Origin: Pyrinomonadaceae bacterium
GTDB lineage: Bacteria; Acidobacteriota; Blastocatellia; Pyrinomonadales; Pyrinomonadaceae
NCBI GenBank assembly: GCA_035474235.1
Contig: DATINM010000051.1
Location: 40,437-104,436, forward strand
Length of the DNA: 64,000 nt
Direction: 5' to 3'
Below the pieces are notes generated by a model. It ran no database searches, had not been told where the DNA came from, and saw only the letters and a list, made by a program, of their open reading frames with translations. The position numbers and the translations under genes are program-made. This document shows positions 37,817 to 47,536 of the stretch, one piece after another (within the stretch, counting starts at the first letter, position 1; every line of letters begins with the position of its first letter).

Positions 37817-37835
37817 CTCGAAGAAAATGACGAGT

Positions 37836-37906
37836 GTTGAATGATGGATGCTGAATGTCGAGAACCGTGCTGCCTTTTATTCATCATTCATCATTCCGCA
37901 TTCATC
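37836..37906. repeat. Hairpin of the GATGAATG/CGGAATG unit type
   Basis: GTTGAATGATGGATGCTGAATG ... TTCATCATTCATCATTCCGCATTCATC. The right arm shares CCGCATTCATC with the element at 51800-51872. Confidence 0.65.
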
Positions 37907-37913
37907 GCTAAAG

Positions 37914-38798
37914 TCAGCGCGACGCAGGGACGCGGCGCGTCATGTCGGGCGCGCCCGGTCGCCCCGCGTCCGTGTTGGATGCGTCGCCGGTCGTTTGCGG
38001 TGCGCCGTTGCCGTCGGCGCGTCGCTGCGCGGAGGGCGGCGTCTGCGAAGCTTCGGAAATGGTTTGCGCCGTCGCCACGGCGCGCGACTCCGCTGCGTTG
38101 CGGTTCAACTCGCACCACGTGTGATAGACGCGGAAGGCGAAAGTCCAGAACGAGCCGACCGCGAGAACCCAGAGCACCGCGGGCATTCGATTGGCGAAGA
38201 TGCTGTTTGAGCTAGGGTGCGTCGAGAGCGCGCCGATGATCAGGAGCACGACGCGCTCCGGCCTGCGAAGAAATCCCACGTCGCACTTTGGTATCAGGCT
38301 CTCGGCGCGCGCCGAGGCGTAGGAGACGAGCACCGAGCCGGTCAACGCGAGTCCGGCCAGAAGGACGTTGACGGTCGAATGAAATTCGGTGTCGCGTGCA
38401 TAGAAGAGCATGAGGCCGACGAAGGCGGCCATGTCGGAGACGCGGTCGAGCGTGGAGTCGAGGAAGCCGCCGAAGCGCGTCACCTGATTGGTGAGCCGCG
38501 CGACCTGGCCGTCGAGCATGTCGAAGAGGTTTGCGACGATGAGGACTATTCCGGCCCAGAAAAAGTCGCCGAGGCCGAACATGAGGCCGCACAGGACGTT
38601 TATCAGAACGCCCGTCACGGTCAGAAGGTTCGGGTTGATCCTGCGCCGCGCGAGTCCCTGCACCATCGCGCTTATGATCCGCCCCGCGCCGCGCCCGATG
38701 CTCGCACCGAACAACTCTTGAAAGCCTTTCCCCGCGTGTCCCTGTAAGGACGCGGACGCGCCTCTTCGCGGGCGCTTTCGGTTTCGACGAGTCATCAT
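37914..38798 (-). CDS. CDP-alcohol phosphatidyltransferase family protein
   Basis: Motif DMLDGQVARL....FGGFLDSTLDRVSD fits D(x)2DG(x)2AR(x)8G(x)3D(x)3D. Multiple TM helices. Confidence 0.8.
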   Translation of the reverse strand: MMTRRNRKRPRRGASASLQGHAGKGFQELFGASIGRGAGRIISAMVQGLARRRINPNLLTVTGVLINVLCGLMFGLGDFFWAGIVLIVANLFDMLDGQVARLTNQVTRFGGFLDSTLDRVSDMAAFVGLMLFYARDTEFHSTVNVLLAGLALTGSVLVSYASARAESLIPKCDVGFLRRPERVVLLIIGALSTHPSSNSIFANRMPAVLWVLAVGSFWTFAFRVYHTWCELNRNAAESRAVATAQTISEASQTPPSAQRRADGNGAPQTTGDASNTDAGRPGAPDMTRRVPASR

Positions 38799-38877
38799 AG
38801 GAACGCGCCGGAAGGCTTGTCAAGGAACTCTATTGTCGTCACTCGTTTTCGCTCAAGATAGACGCGCGGCGTGAACT

Positions 38878-39333
38878 TCAACCGGCGCGATTCAAACGAC
38901 GAAAGATGACGCCCGCGAGCGAGCCTAGCACGACGCCGTAGAGTCCTGAGATGTAAGGGCTGCTGATGATGTTGACGAAGCCGCGAGACGACTCAGGCTT
39001 GAAGACGAGCGGGAGTAGAAAACTGAAGGCGGCTTCGGCGACTGCGAGGCCGAAAATCGCGCCCGCAAATGCTCCGAGCGTGCGGCCCGCGAGACGCGAA
39101 GACAGTCCGAGTAAAAGCCCGACCGCCGTGCCCGCCAAAAGGTCTGGCAAGAGGAACACGAAGAGGAGCATCAGCGGGAGGAATGTGAGCGCGGTGAGGA
39201 GCATCGCGAAAAGATCTCGCAGGCTCGCGGCGACCGCGACGACGCCCGCGACGTATGCGATTAGAAGCGTGGCGGCGGCGCTGATGATTCCCGCGACCCA
39301 TCCGAAAAGTACGCGCCGCGGCTCAGGCGTCAT
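38878..39333 (-). CDS. Small integral membrane protein, hypothetical
   Basis: Four hydrophobic helices. The start overlaps the greA stop by 4 nt (ATGA-type coupling). Confidence 0.5.
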   Translation of the reverse strand: MTPEPRRVLFGWVAGIISAAATLLIAYVAGVVAVAASLRDLFAMLLTALTFLPLMLLFVFLLPDLLAGTAVGLLLGLSSRLAGRTLGAFAGAIFGLAVAEAAFSFLLPLVFKPESSRGFVNIISSPYISGLYGVVLGSLAGVIFRRLNRAG

Positions 39334-39815
39334 CCGCTGTTCTCTTTTGTCTCGTCGTGCAGCGTCGTCAGCTTTTTGATCTCGAAGTTGCGCGTGCCCG
39401 CGGGCGTCGTGACTTTAATCTCGTCGCCCTCTTCGCGCCCCATTAAACTACGGCCTACGGGCGATGTCGTCGAGATCAGTCCGGCGGGGGGGTCGCTCTC
39501 TTCGGGCGTAACGAGCCGGTATGTAACTTCCTCTTCGCGCTCCGAGTCGTAGAGGACGAGCGTCGAGCCGTATGCGGCGCGGTCGTGCGGGACTTTCGAG
39601 AGGTCAATCGAAGAGAGTTCGCTGAGGCGCTGACGCAACTGCTGTATGCGCGCCTGCACGAACTGCTGGCGGGCGAGCGCCGCGTGATACTCGGCGTTCT
39701 CGCGCAGGTCGCCGAACTCCTTTGCGCGTTTGATCTCGCGCGGCAGGTGCACGTGCAACTCCTCGTCCAAAACGTTCAACTCCTGCTGAAGCTTCTGCCT
39801 GACTGCTTCGGTCAT
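39330..39815 (-). CDS. greA: Transcription elongation factor GreA
   Basis: EIKRAKEFGDLRENAEYHAALARQQFVQARIQQL...ISTTSPVGRSLMGREEGDEI is a canonical GreA sequence. Confidence 0.95.
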   Translation of the reverse strand: MTEAVRQKLQQELNVLDEELHVHLPREIKRAKEFGDLRENAEYHAALARQQFVQARIQQLRQRLSELSSIDLSKVPHDRAAYGSTLVLYDSEREEEVTYRLVTPEESDPPAGLISTTSPVGRSLMGREEGDEIKVTTPAGTRNFEIKKLTTLHDETKENSG

Positions 39816-40016
39816 CCTTCTCCTCCGCTCGCGTGGCTTGACTTCGTGTGATTATAACCAAGCCTTCGCCGCTCGCATAACCCGCCCGGCGCTCACGCTG
39901 CGTGAGCGACTTCCGGCGCACGCGCCGCCGCTGCGGTGCGAGGCTTGAGATGCGTTTGCGTGCGGCGAGCTTGAATCGCCTTGAATCGCGCGCAGTTTTT
40001 TACGACACTGGCACGC

Positions 40017-41186
40017 ATGGCCGAGCCTTCAATCACAGTGACGAAGCGCGGGGCGGAGCGCGTCCACGGCGGACACCTTTGGGTCTATCGCAGCGACGTG
40101 CGCGACGCGGGCGGCGCGGACGCAGGCTCGACCGTGTGCGTCCGGGACGAGCGCGGTCGGTTCGTCGGCCACGCTTTATATTCGGCGCGCTCCGAGATCG
40201 CCCTGCGTCTTCTGACGACGAAGGACGAGGCGGTTGAACGCGAGTGGTGGCGCGCACGGCTTCGCGCGGCTGCGTCGCGGCGCGCGGGGCTTGAGAATGA
40301 TGCGGACGCTTTCCGGCTCGTCTATTCGGAAGGCGACCTTATGCCGTCGCTGATCGTTGACCGCTACGCCGACGTGCTCGTCTTGCAGACGCTCTCGCAG
40401 GGGACTGAGGCGCTGAAGGAAATGTTAGTCGGGCTGCTCGTCGAGGAGTTCGCGCCGCGCTCAATCGTCGAACGCAACGACGTTCGCGTGCGCTCGCTCG
40501 AAGGTCTGCCGCTCCGTTCCGGCATCATCTACGGCGAAGCGCCCGGCGAGTTGGAGGTCGTGCAGCACGGCACGCGCCTGAGAGTCGCGCCGCTCGGCGG
40601 GCAGAAGACCGGCGCTTTTCTAGACCAGCGCGAGAATCACGTCGCCGCGCGTACGCACGCGCACGGGCGCGCGCTCGACTGCTTCACATTTGGCGGCGGC
40701 TTCGCGCTCTCGATTGCGCGGGCGTGCGAGAGCGTTCTCGGTCTCGACATCTCGGCGGAGGCGGTTGCGGCGGCGCGGCGCAACGCGGATTTGAACGGCG
40801 CGGCGAACGTCGAGTTCCGGGAGGCGAACGTCTTCGACGCGCTGCGCGAGTTGGAGTCGGCGGGCGAGCGATTTCAAACCGTCGTCCTCGATCCGCCCGC
40901 CTTCGCGAAGAACCGCGCGAGCGTCGCGGCTGCGGCGCGCGGCTACAAAGAGATCAACCTGCGCGCGCTCAAGATGCTCGAACGGGGCGGAGTGCTCGTC
41001 ACCTGCACGTGCTCGTACCACATGACCGAGCCTCTCTTCCTCGAACTCATCGCGGAGGCCGCCGCGGACGCGCGCCGCCGCGTGCAGATCGTCGAACGTC
41101 GAACGCAATCGGGCGACCACCCCGTCCTCGTCGGCGTGCCCGAAACGCTCTACCTCAAGTGCGTCGTCGCGCGCGTCATCGAGTGA
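40017..41186 (+). CDS. Class I SAM-dependent rRNA methyltransferase, RlmI/PUA type
   Basis: PUA-like N-terminus (RVHGGHLWVYRSDV), FLDQRENH, VLDPPAF, CTCS. The start was trimmed to the ATG at 40017. Confidence 0.85.
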   Translation: MAEPSITVTKRGAERVHGGHLWVYRSDVRDAGGADAGSTVCVRDERGRFVGHALYSARSEIALRLLTTKDEAVEREWWRARLRAAASRRAGLENDADAFRLVYSEGDLMPSLIVDRYADVLVLQTLSQGTEALKEMLVGLLVEEFAPRSIVERNDVRVRSLEGLPLRSGIIYGEAPGELEVVQHGTRLRVAPLGGQKTGAFLDQRENHVAARTHAHGRALDCFTFGGGFALSIARACESVLGLDISAEAVAAARRNADLNGAANVEFREANVFDALRELESAGERFQTVVLDPPAFAKNRASVAAAARGYKEINLRALKMLERGGVLVTCTCSYHMTEPLFLELIAEAAADARRRVQIVERRTQSGDHPVLVGVPETLYLKCVVARVIE

Positions 41187-41390
41187 GAGTCTCCAGCACC
41201 GTTTTGCCTTAACAGCATACCGGGTGTCTTCCCGCTGAAAATTCTGATTGAAATTCTCGCCGCGTTGGGAAGATAATGCCGCGCGTACGAGAGGACTTCG
41301 CCGGGGACGATTTTCCGCACGTCTCCCTCATGAACGCCGCTTAAGTTGAATGGTTCGCACACGGCCTTTTCGCCGGTGGAGGTTGATTAA

Positions 41391-42788
41391 ATGCCCGAAG
41401 GAACAGCCGCACAAGTTAGTGGAACGTGCTTCGTGGTGATGGGTTTCGGCAAGAAGACCGACTTCGAGACGGGGCGCATACTTGATCTCGACAAGACCTA
41501 CGGCAGCATCATCAAGCCAGCCGTGGAGGAAGCCGGTCTGAAGTGCGTCCGCGCGAACGAGATCGTCCACTCCGGCGTCATCGACGTGTCGATGTACGAG
41601 CAACTACTCAAAGCCGACGTGGTCGTCGCCGACCTCTCGACCTCGAACAAGAACGCTTATTACGAACTGGGCGTGCGCCACGCGCTGCGTCCCTACACGA
41701 CCATCATCATCTGCGAAGACGGCGTTCAGACCTTTCCCTTCGATGTTAATCACATCGCCATCCGCCAGTACCATCACCTCGGCGAGGGGATTGACTTCGA
41801 TGAGGTGATGCGATTCCGCGAAGTATTGAAGGATGCCATCGTCAAGATTTATAAAGACGACCCGCGGCCCAAGGACAGCCCCGTCTATACCTTCCTACAC
41901 GACTTGGCCCCGCCGGCGCTGGCAGAAGCAATGCAGAGCGTAGCCAGAGCGGTGGCGGCGACTGCGCCCGACGCTGACGGGCGTGCGGACGAGGTGAACT
42001 ATAGCGAGCGGATGCAGGAGGTGGACGAGGCGCAGGAGGCGGGCGACTTCGTCACGGCCAAGGTGCTGCTCACGCAACTCCGCAGGAAGATGAAGGAGGC
42101 CGCCCGCACTGCCGCACGAAAGGCCGCCGAAGATGCCGCCAAACTGGGCGCGTCGGCGGAGTTGAAGGAGCGGCCCGAAGACCCTTCAATCATCCAGCGA
42201 CTCGCCCTCGCAACATACAAGAGCAAGCAGCCAACGCCGCTGGCGGCGCTCGAAGAGGCGCGCGAGTTGCTCAAAACGCTCGACCCCGCGACCTCGAACG
42301 ACACTGAGACGCTCGGCCTCTGGGGCGCGGTGCACAAACGTCTTTGGGAAGAGACCGGAGATCGCACCCATCTCGACGAGGCCGTGCGCGGCTACGAGCG
42401 CGGCTTCTACCTGCGTAACGACTACTACAACGGCATCAACCTCGCTTACCTGCTCAACGTTCGCGCCGCCAACGCGCCGCGCCGCGCCGAGGCAGTTGCC
42501 GACTTCGTGCAGGCCGAGCGCGTCCGCCGCGAGGTGCTCGACATCTGCAAGGAGTTGACGAAGGACGGCGGCCCGCCGGGCAACGACCAAAAGTATTGGG
42601 CGCTCGCTACGATGGCCGAGGCAATGCTCGGCGTCGGCGACGAGGTCGGCGCTCGGCAAAAGCTCGACGAAGCGTCCGCCGTCGCCTCCGGCCAGTGGAT
42701 GAAGGAGAGCACGCAGGAGCAGTTGGACAAACTGCGCCGACTGCTGGCCGACTCGCCGCTCAAGTACGTCAAGGCCGACGGCGAATAG
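41391..42788 (+). CDS. Two-domain protein: N-terminal TIR / nucleoside-2-deoxyribosyltransferase-like fold plus C-terminal TPR-like helical repeats (DUF4071-like, tentative)
   Basis: CFVVMGFGKKTD......Y..IIKPAVEEAGLKCVRANEI.......MYEQLLKADVVVADLSTSNKNAYYELGVRHAL.PYTTIII is the conserved pattern of this fold. The C-terminal half has RGYERGFYLRNDYYNGINLAYLL and other helical repeats. GGAGG SD. Confidence 0.5.
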   Translation: MPEGTAAQVSGTCFVVMGFGKKTDFETGRILDLDKTYGSIIKPAVEEAGLKCVRANEIVHSGVIDVSMYEQLLKADVVVADLSTSNKNAYYELGVRHALRPYTTIIICEDGVQTFPFDVNHIAIRQYHHLGEGIDFDEVMRFREVLKDAIVKIYKDDPRPKDSPVYTFLHDLAPPALAEAMQSVARAVAATAPDADGRADEVNYSERMQEVDEAQEAGDFVTAKVLLTQLRRKMKEAARTAARKAAEDAAKLGASAELKERPEDPSIIQRLALATYKSKQPTPLAALEEARELLKTLDPATSNDTETLGLWGAVHKRLWEETGDRTHLDEAVRGYERGFYLRNDYYNGINLAYLLNVRAANAPRRAEAVADFVQAERVRREVLDICKELTKDGGPPGNDQKYWALATMAEAMLGVGDEVGARQKLDEASAVASGQWMKESTQEQLDKLRRLLADSPLKYVKADGE

Positions 42789-42810
42789 AAAACATCCGTC
42801 GGAACACTTA

Positions 42811-42855
42811 GAATGAAAGACGGCACGGCGAGCATCACCGTGCCGTCTTTCATTC
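42811..42855. terminator. Perfect 18-bp-stem hairpin between convergent genes
   Basis: GAATGAAAGACGGCACGG / 9-nt loop / CCGTGCCGTCTTTCATTC, 22 nt after the stop at 42788. Confidence 0.7.
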
Positions 42856-42864
42856 ATCGCCACA

Positions 42865-42889
42865 CACTATGCACTTTCAGTGCATAGTG
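42865..42889. terminator. Second short hairpin in the same convergent spacer (glmS side)
   Basis: CACTATGCACT-TTC-AGTGCATAGTG, perfect 11-bp stem. Confidence 0.5.
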
Positions 42890-42919
42890 GTTTGGTTCTA
42901 CTATCGAGCGCCGTCAGCG

Positions 42920-44779
42920 TCACTCGACGGTGACGGACTTGGCGAGATTTCTGGGCTGGTCAACGTCGCAGCCGCGGCGGACTGCGATGTGGTATGCGAG
43001 AAGTTGCAACGGGACGATTGCGAGAATCGGCGAGAGCAGATCGGACGATTCAGGGATAGAAATGACGTGGTCTGAGACCTTCGATGACATCTCGTCGCCC
43101 TCGGTCAAGACGGAGATGACGACGCCCTCGCGCGCCTTCACTTCGACGATGTTCGAGTGCGTCTTCTCGTAGCGAAGCTCGGATGATTTGTCGCCCTCCT
43201 CTCGCGGGTTGATGACGACGACGGGCAGGCGCTCGTCAATCAGGGCGTTCGGCCCGTGCTTCATCTCGCCCGCGGGGTAGCCTTCGGCGTGGATGTATGA
43301 AATCTCTTTGAGCTTCAGAGCGCCTTCGAGCGCAACGGGGAAGTTGATGCCTCGACCGAGGTAGAGAAAGTCCGTCGCGCGGTGGAACTCGCGCGCGAGT
43401 TCTTCGAGATCGTCAGACTCCGACAGAAGGCGCTCGATCTTAACGGGAAGCCCCGCCAACTGCTGCGCGTGCCGACGCGCCTCCGTATCCGAGAGCGCGC
43501 TGCGCAGCCCACCCAGATACATCGCGAAGAGGTAGAGCGCGATCATCTGTGCCGTGAAAGCCTTGGTCGAGGCCACTCCGATCTCGGGGCCGGCGTGCGT
43601 CAGGATCGTGCCGTCCGACTCGCGCGTGACCATCGAGCCTTGCACGTTGCAGATCGCCAAGACCTTCGAGCCGCGCTGCTTCGCCTCCCTGAGTGCGGCG
43701 ATGGTGTCCGCCGTCTCGCCCGACTGTGAGATGATGACAAGGAGCGTGCGCTCCGTCATCACCGGGTCGCGGTAGCGAAACTCCGAAGCGTAATCAACCT
43801 CGACGGGCACGCGCGCCAGCTGCTCGATCATGTACTTGCCCGCGAGTCCGGCGTGCCAACTCGTTCCGCAGGCGGCGATCAAAACTCTGTCAAACGACTT
43901 GAACTCTTCGGGCGTGATGTTCATCTCGTCCAAGTAGACGCGGCCCGTGTCCAGAGAGACGCGACCCTGCACCGTGTCGCGGACGGCGCGCGGCTGCTCG
44001 TAAATCTCTTTGAGCATGAAGTGCTTGAACCCGCCCTTCTCGGCCATGATCGGATCCCACGTGATGCGCTGCGTGTGCGGCTGAACCTGCCCGCCCTCGA
44101 AGTCCGTCACCCGCACGGAGTCTTTCGTGAGCACGGCGATCTCGCCGTCGCCGAGGAAGAAAATGTCGCGCGTGTGCTGGAGTATGGGCGGAACGTCGGA
44201 GGCGACGAAGAACTCGCCGTCGCCGAGGCCAATGACGACGGGCGGGCCTTGCCGGACGGCGATGATCGTGTCCGGCTCGTCGGTCGAGATAATCGAGAGC
44301 GCGAAGATGCCGCGCAGGTCGCGCACTGCCGAGCGCACGGCGAACTCGAAAGAGTCGTCCGTCTTCAAATACTCTTCGATGAGGTGCGCGATGACTTCCG
44401 TGTCGGTCTCGGTGACAAAGTGGTGGTCGCTGCGGCGCAGACGGTCTTTGAGTTGAAGATAGTTTTCGATGATGCCGTTGTGGACGACGACGACGCGGCC
44501 CGTGCAGTCGCGATGCGGGTGCGCGTTCTCCTCCGTTGGACGGCCGTGCGTCGCCCAGCGCGTGTGGCCGATGCCGTATGTGCCGTCGAGCGGCTTGAGG
44601 CGGATAGCCTCTTCGAGATTGCGTAGTTTCCCCTCGGCGCGGCGAATGTCGAGGTGGTGCGCTTCGTCAACGACCGCGATGCCTGCCGAGTCGTAGCCGC
44701 GATACTCCAACTTCCTCAGCCCGTCGAGGATGACGGGCACGACCTGCTTGTTTCCGACGTAACCGACGATGCCGCACAT
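42920..44779 (-). CDS. glmS: Glutamine--fructose-6-phosphate aminotransferase
   Basis: MCGIVGYVG... N-terminal nucleophile Cys, two SIS domains, C-terminus ...NLAKSVTVE. Confidence 0.97.
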   Translation of the reverse strand: MCGIVGYVGNKQVVPVILDGLRKLEYRGYDSAGIAVVDEAHHLDIRRAEGKLRNLEEAIRLKPLDGTYGIGHTRWATHGRPTEENAHPHRDCTGRVVVVHNGIIENYLQLKDRLRRSDHHFVTETDTEVIAHLIEEYLKTDDSFEFAVRSAVRDLRGIFALSIISTDEPDTIIAVRQGPPVVIGLGDGEFFVASDVPPILQHTRDIFFLGDGEIAVLTKDSVRVTDFEGGQVQPHTQRITWDPIMAEKGGFKHFMLKEIYEQPRAVRDTVQGRVSLDTGRVYLDEMNITPEEFKSFDRVLIAACGTSWHAGLAGKYMIEQLARVPVEVDYASEFRYRDPVMTERTLLVIISQSGETADTIAALREAKQRGSKVLAICNVQGSMVTRESDGTILTHAGPEIGVASTKAFTAQMIALYLFAMYLGGLRSALSDTEARRHAQQLAGLPVKIERLLSESDDLEELAREFHRATDFLYLGRGINFPVALEGALKLKEISYIHAEGYPAGEMKHGPNALIDERLPVVVINPREEGDKSSELRYEKTHSNIVEVKAREGVVISVLTEGDEMSSKVSDHVISIPESSDLLSPILAIVPLQLLAYHIAVRRGCDVDQPRNLAKSVTVE

Positions 44780-44798
44780 GATTGCTTTCCTTTCAAAA

Positions 44799-44879
44799 GC
44801 CGTGAACCTTGAACCGTGAGCCGTGACAAGTGAAGAATCGTTTTCATCTTGTCACTTGTCACGGTTCAAGGTTCACGGC
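44799..44879. repeat. Heptamer-built hairpin (CCGTGA/GTGACAA units) filling the glmU-glmS spacer
   Basis: Left arm GCCGTGAACCTTGAACCGTGAGCCGTGACAAGTGAAGAA. The reverse complement of the right arm is GCCGTGAACCTTGAACCGTGACAAGTGACAAGA. The right arm contains the glmU stop codon. Confidence 0.85.
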
Positions 44880-46351
44880 ATTACCTCTTCTTCCGCAGAC
44901 CTGTTTTCTGATTCGCCCGCGTCGTCTTCGCGCGGCAGTTTCTTCTTGACCTTCGCGGGGACTCCGGCGACGAGCGTGTCGGGCGGAACGTTTTCGGTGA
45001 CGACCGAGCCTGCGCCCGTGACCGAGCGCGAGCCGACGCGCACCGGCGCGACGAGCATCGTGTCGGAGCCGATCTTCACGTCGTCATCGATTGTCGTCGA
45101 GTGCTTCGCGCGTCCGTCGTAGTTGCAGGTGATTGTGCCCGCGCCGATGTTCGTGCGCTCGCCTACTTCGGCGTCGCCGAGGTAAGAGAGGTGCATCGCC
45201 TTCGACTTCGAGCCGAGGCGAGACTTCTTCATCTCGACGAAGTTGCCCACGGTCGAGTTCTCGTCCATCCGCGCGTTCATCCGAAGATGCGCGAAGGGGC
45301 CGATGGTGCAATGGTCTGCGATGTCCGATTCGACTATGACCGAGTGGTCTTTGACGGTGACGCCGTTGCCGACGCGCGAGTCTGTGATGCGCGCGCCCTG
45401 CATTATCTCGCAACCCTCGCCGATTACGGTGCGCCCTTCGACGTGGACGTTCGGGTGGAGCGTCGTGTCGGGGCCAATCTGCGCGTCGGGGCTGACGTAT
45501 GTGTGCTGCGGGTCGATGACGGTGACGCCGCTGTTGAGCATGAGGCTTCGGAGCGTGCGCAGGCGAAGAATGCGCTCGAACTCGGAAAGCTCGACGCGCG
45601 TGTTGATGCCTGAGACTTCGCGCGCGTCCGTGTGCGTGTAAATGCTCACGTCCTCGCCGTCGGCGCGAAGTATCGCGGGCACGTCGGTCAGGTAAAGCTC
45701 GCCCTGCGCGTTCTCCGTCCCGACGCGTTCGAGCGCGGGGAACAGAAGCCGCGTCTCGAAGCAGTAGATTCCGACGTTGACCTCGCCTATATGTTTCTCT
45801 TCGGCGGTCGCGTCCCTCTGCTCGACGATCTTCTCGAAGCGCCCCTCCTCGTCGCGGACGATGCGACCGTAGCCTGTCGGGTCTTCGAGCCGGACGGCCA
45901 TCAGCGTGCAGGCCGCGCCGCGCCCCCGGTGCGTGCGGTGCTGATGCACGAGCGCGCCCAGAGTCTCGGCGCGAACGAGCGGCACGTCGCCGGAGAGGAC
46001 GAGCAGCGTCGAGTCGGCGTCGCCGAGCGCGTCGCGCGCCGCGAAGACTGCGTCGCCCGTGCCGCGCTGCTCGGCCTGTGTGACGAAGACCGCGCCGGCG
46101 TCGCCGAGTTCGGCGCGCACGGCCCCCTTCACTTCGCCCGCCTGATGCCCGACGACGACGTAAACGGGTCGCTCGCCTTTGACGAGCGCGGAGGCCGTGC
46201 GGCAGACGTGCGCGACGAGCGGGCGACCGCCGAGCTTGTGCAGAACCTTCGCCGTTGACGAACGCATACGCGTGCCGAGTCCGGCGGCGAGTATGAGTAT
46301 GTCGAGTGGAGTGCTGACGGGCTGCGAGGGCTGCTGTGGCTGTTTGTCCAT
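44873..46351 (-). CDS. glmU: Bifunctional UDP-N-acetylglucosamine diphosphorylase / glucosamine-1-phosphate N-acetyltransferase
   Basis: ILAAGLGTRMRS...KVLH.LGGRPL N-terminal nucleotidyltransferase domain, left-handed beta-helix hexapeptide repeats, then a basic/acidic C-terminal tail. Confidence 0.95.
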   Translation of the reverse strand: MDKQPQQPSQPVSTPLDILILAAGLGTRMRSSTAKVLHKLGGRPLVAHVCRTASALVKGERPVYVVVGHQAGEVKGAVRAELGDAGAVFVTQAEQRGTGDAVFAARDALGDADSTLLVLSGDVPLVRAETLGALVHQHRTHRGRGAACTLMAVRLEDPTGYGRIVRDEEGRFEKIVEQRDATAEEKHIGEVNVGIYCFETRLLFPALERVGTENAQGELYLTDVPAILRADGEDVSIYTHTDAREVSGINTRVELSEFERILRLRTLRSLMLNSGVTVIDPQHTYVSPDAQIGPDTTLHPNVHVEGRTVIGEGCEIMQGARITDSRVGNGVTVKDHSVIVESDIADHCTIGPFAHLRMNARMDENSTVGNFVEMKKSRLGSKSKAMHLSYLGDAEVGERTNIGAGTITCNYDGRAKHSTTIDDDVKIGSDTMLVAPVRVGSRSVTGAGSVVTENVPPDTLVAGVPAKVKKKLPREDDAGESENRSAEEEVMP

Positions 46352-46357
46352 GTCGCT

Positions 46358-47428
46358 TCAGCGCGCGGCGGTCACGACGCCTCGGCGCGCGCGCGCCTGC
46401 TCGTAGCAGGCGACGATGACGCGCGCAAGCTTGTCGGGGCTGTGCCGCACCTTCTCCCCTTCGTCGAGCAGGTCGGCGCGGACGATCTCCACCTCGTCGC
46501 CGAACTCCTCTTCGAGCCTGTGATCGCTCAGACCTATCTGACGCGCGCCCTCGGCGGCGTAGGCCGCGGCTTGCTCAAGGGTCACGGGCCGGTCGTTGAC
46601 GACGACGAAGTCGAACCTGATCTCGGGCGCGTACCCACGGACGACTTCGAGGTGTTTGCGCGCCGTGTAGCCGTCGGTCTCGCCCGGCTGCGTCATCAGG
46701 TTGCAGATGAAAATCTTGACCGCCGAAGACTGGCCGATGCAGCCCGCAACGCGCGCGACGAGAAGGTTCGGAAGGATGCTCGTGTAGAGCGAGCCGGGGC
46801 CGACCGTGATGATGTCTGCCGTTCGGATCGCGGCCAGAGCCTCGGGCAGCGGGAGGCACTGCTCCGGTTCCAGCCGAAGCCGCCTGATCGGCGAGCGCGA
46901 AGCCGTGATGCGCGTCTCGCCGCGCACCTCAGTCCCGTCCTCAAGTTCGGCGACGAGCCGCACGTCGTTCAGCGTCGCAGGGTATATGCGACCCTTGCTC
47001 GCAAGGACTTCGGAAGAGAGACGGACGGCCTCGACGAAGTCGCCGGTGACTTCCGTCAGCGCGGCGAGGAAGAGGTTGCCGAAGCTGTGGCCACCGAGGT
47101 CGCCTCCGCCGCGGAAACGGTATTGAAATAGACGCGACAGCAGCGTCGAGTCTTCCGACAGAGCGACCATGCAGTTACGTATGTCGCCCGGCGGGAGCAT
47201 CTGCAACTCCTCGCGCAGCCGGCCAGAACTGCCGCCGTCGTCCGAGACTGTGACAATCGCCGAGAGCGCTTCGAGCCGGTGGCCGCCGCGCCCCGCGTCG
47301 CCGACAAGTTCCTTCAGTCCCGACAGCGCCGTGGACAGACCTGTACCCCCGCCGATGGCGACGAGCTTCAGGCCGCGCTCAAAGGTGGATTGCAAATCCT
47401 TCCGGCTCCCAGTGAAACTTTGGCGCAC
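46358..47428 (-). CDS. yvcK: YvcK/GlmR-family (CofD-like) UDP-sugar-binding regulator
   Basis: LKLVAIGGGTGLSTALSGLK, VTVSDDGGSSGRLR, GPGSLYTSILPNLLV are YvcK hallmarks. Confidence 0.85.
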   Translation of the reverse strand: MRQSFTGSRKDLQSTFERGLKLVAIGGGTGLSTALSGLKELVGDAGRGGHRLEALSAIVTVSDDGGSSGRLREELQMLPPGDIRNCMVALSEDSTLLSRLFQYRFRGGGDLGGHSFGNLFLAALTEVTGDFVEAVRLSSEVLASKGRIYPATLNDVRLVAELEDGTEVRGETRITASRSPIRRLRLEPEQCLPLPEALAAIRTADIITVGPGSLYTSILPNLLVARVAGCIGQSSAVKIFICNLMTQPGETDGYTARKHLEVVRGYAPEIRFDFVVVNDRPVTLEQAAAYAAEGARQIGLSDHRLEEEFGDEVEIVRADLLDEGEKVRHSPDKLARVIVACYEQARARRGVVTAAR

Positions 47429-47536
47429 CGAGCGCCCGCACGAGAAATCATACTCGAAAGGCGCGGGCTTTCAAAAGCAGCTAAGGGCGAAGAGGCAATT
47501 AAAGTCGTGGCGGGGGAGCGGTCGGGAGGAGGTTAC

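Noticed and set aside
41150-41362. A 70-aa minus-strand ORF between the rRNA methyltransferase gene and the TIR-like gene.
   Set aside because: It overlaps the 3' end of the methyltransferase gene, has no SD, and has an unremarkable sequence. The region is more likely the promoter and leader of the 41391 gene.
44780-44872. A glmS ribozyme upstream of glmS.
   Set aside because: The spacer is only 93 nt and is fully accounted for by a simple repeat hairpin. It is too short and lacks the nested pseudoknot core expected of the glmS ribozyme.
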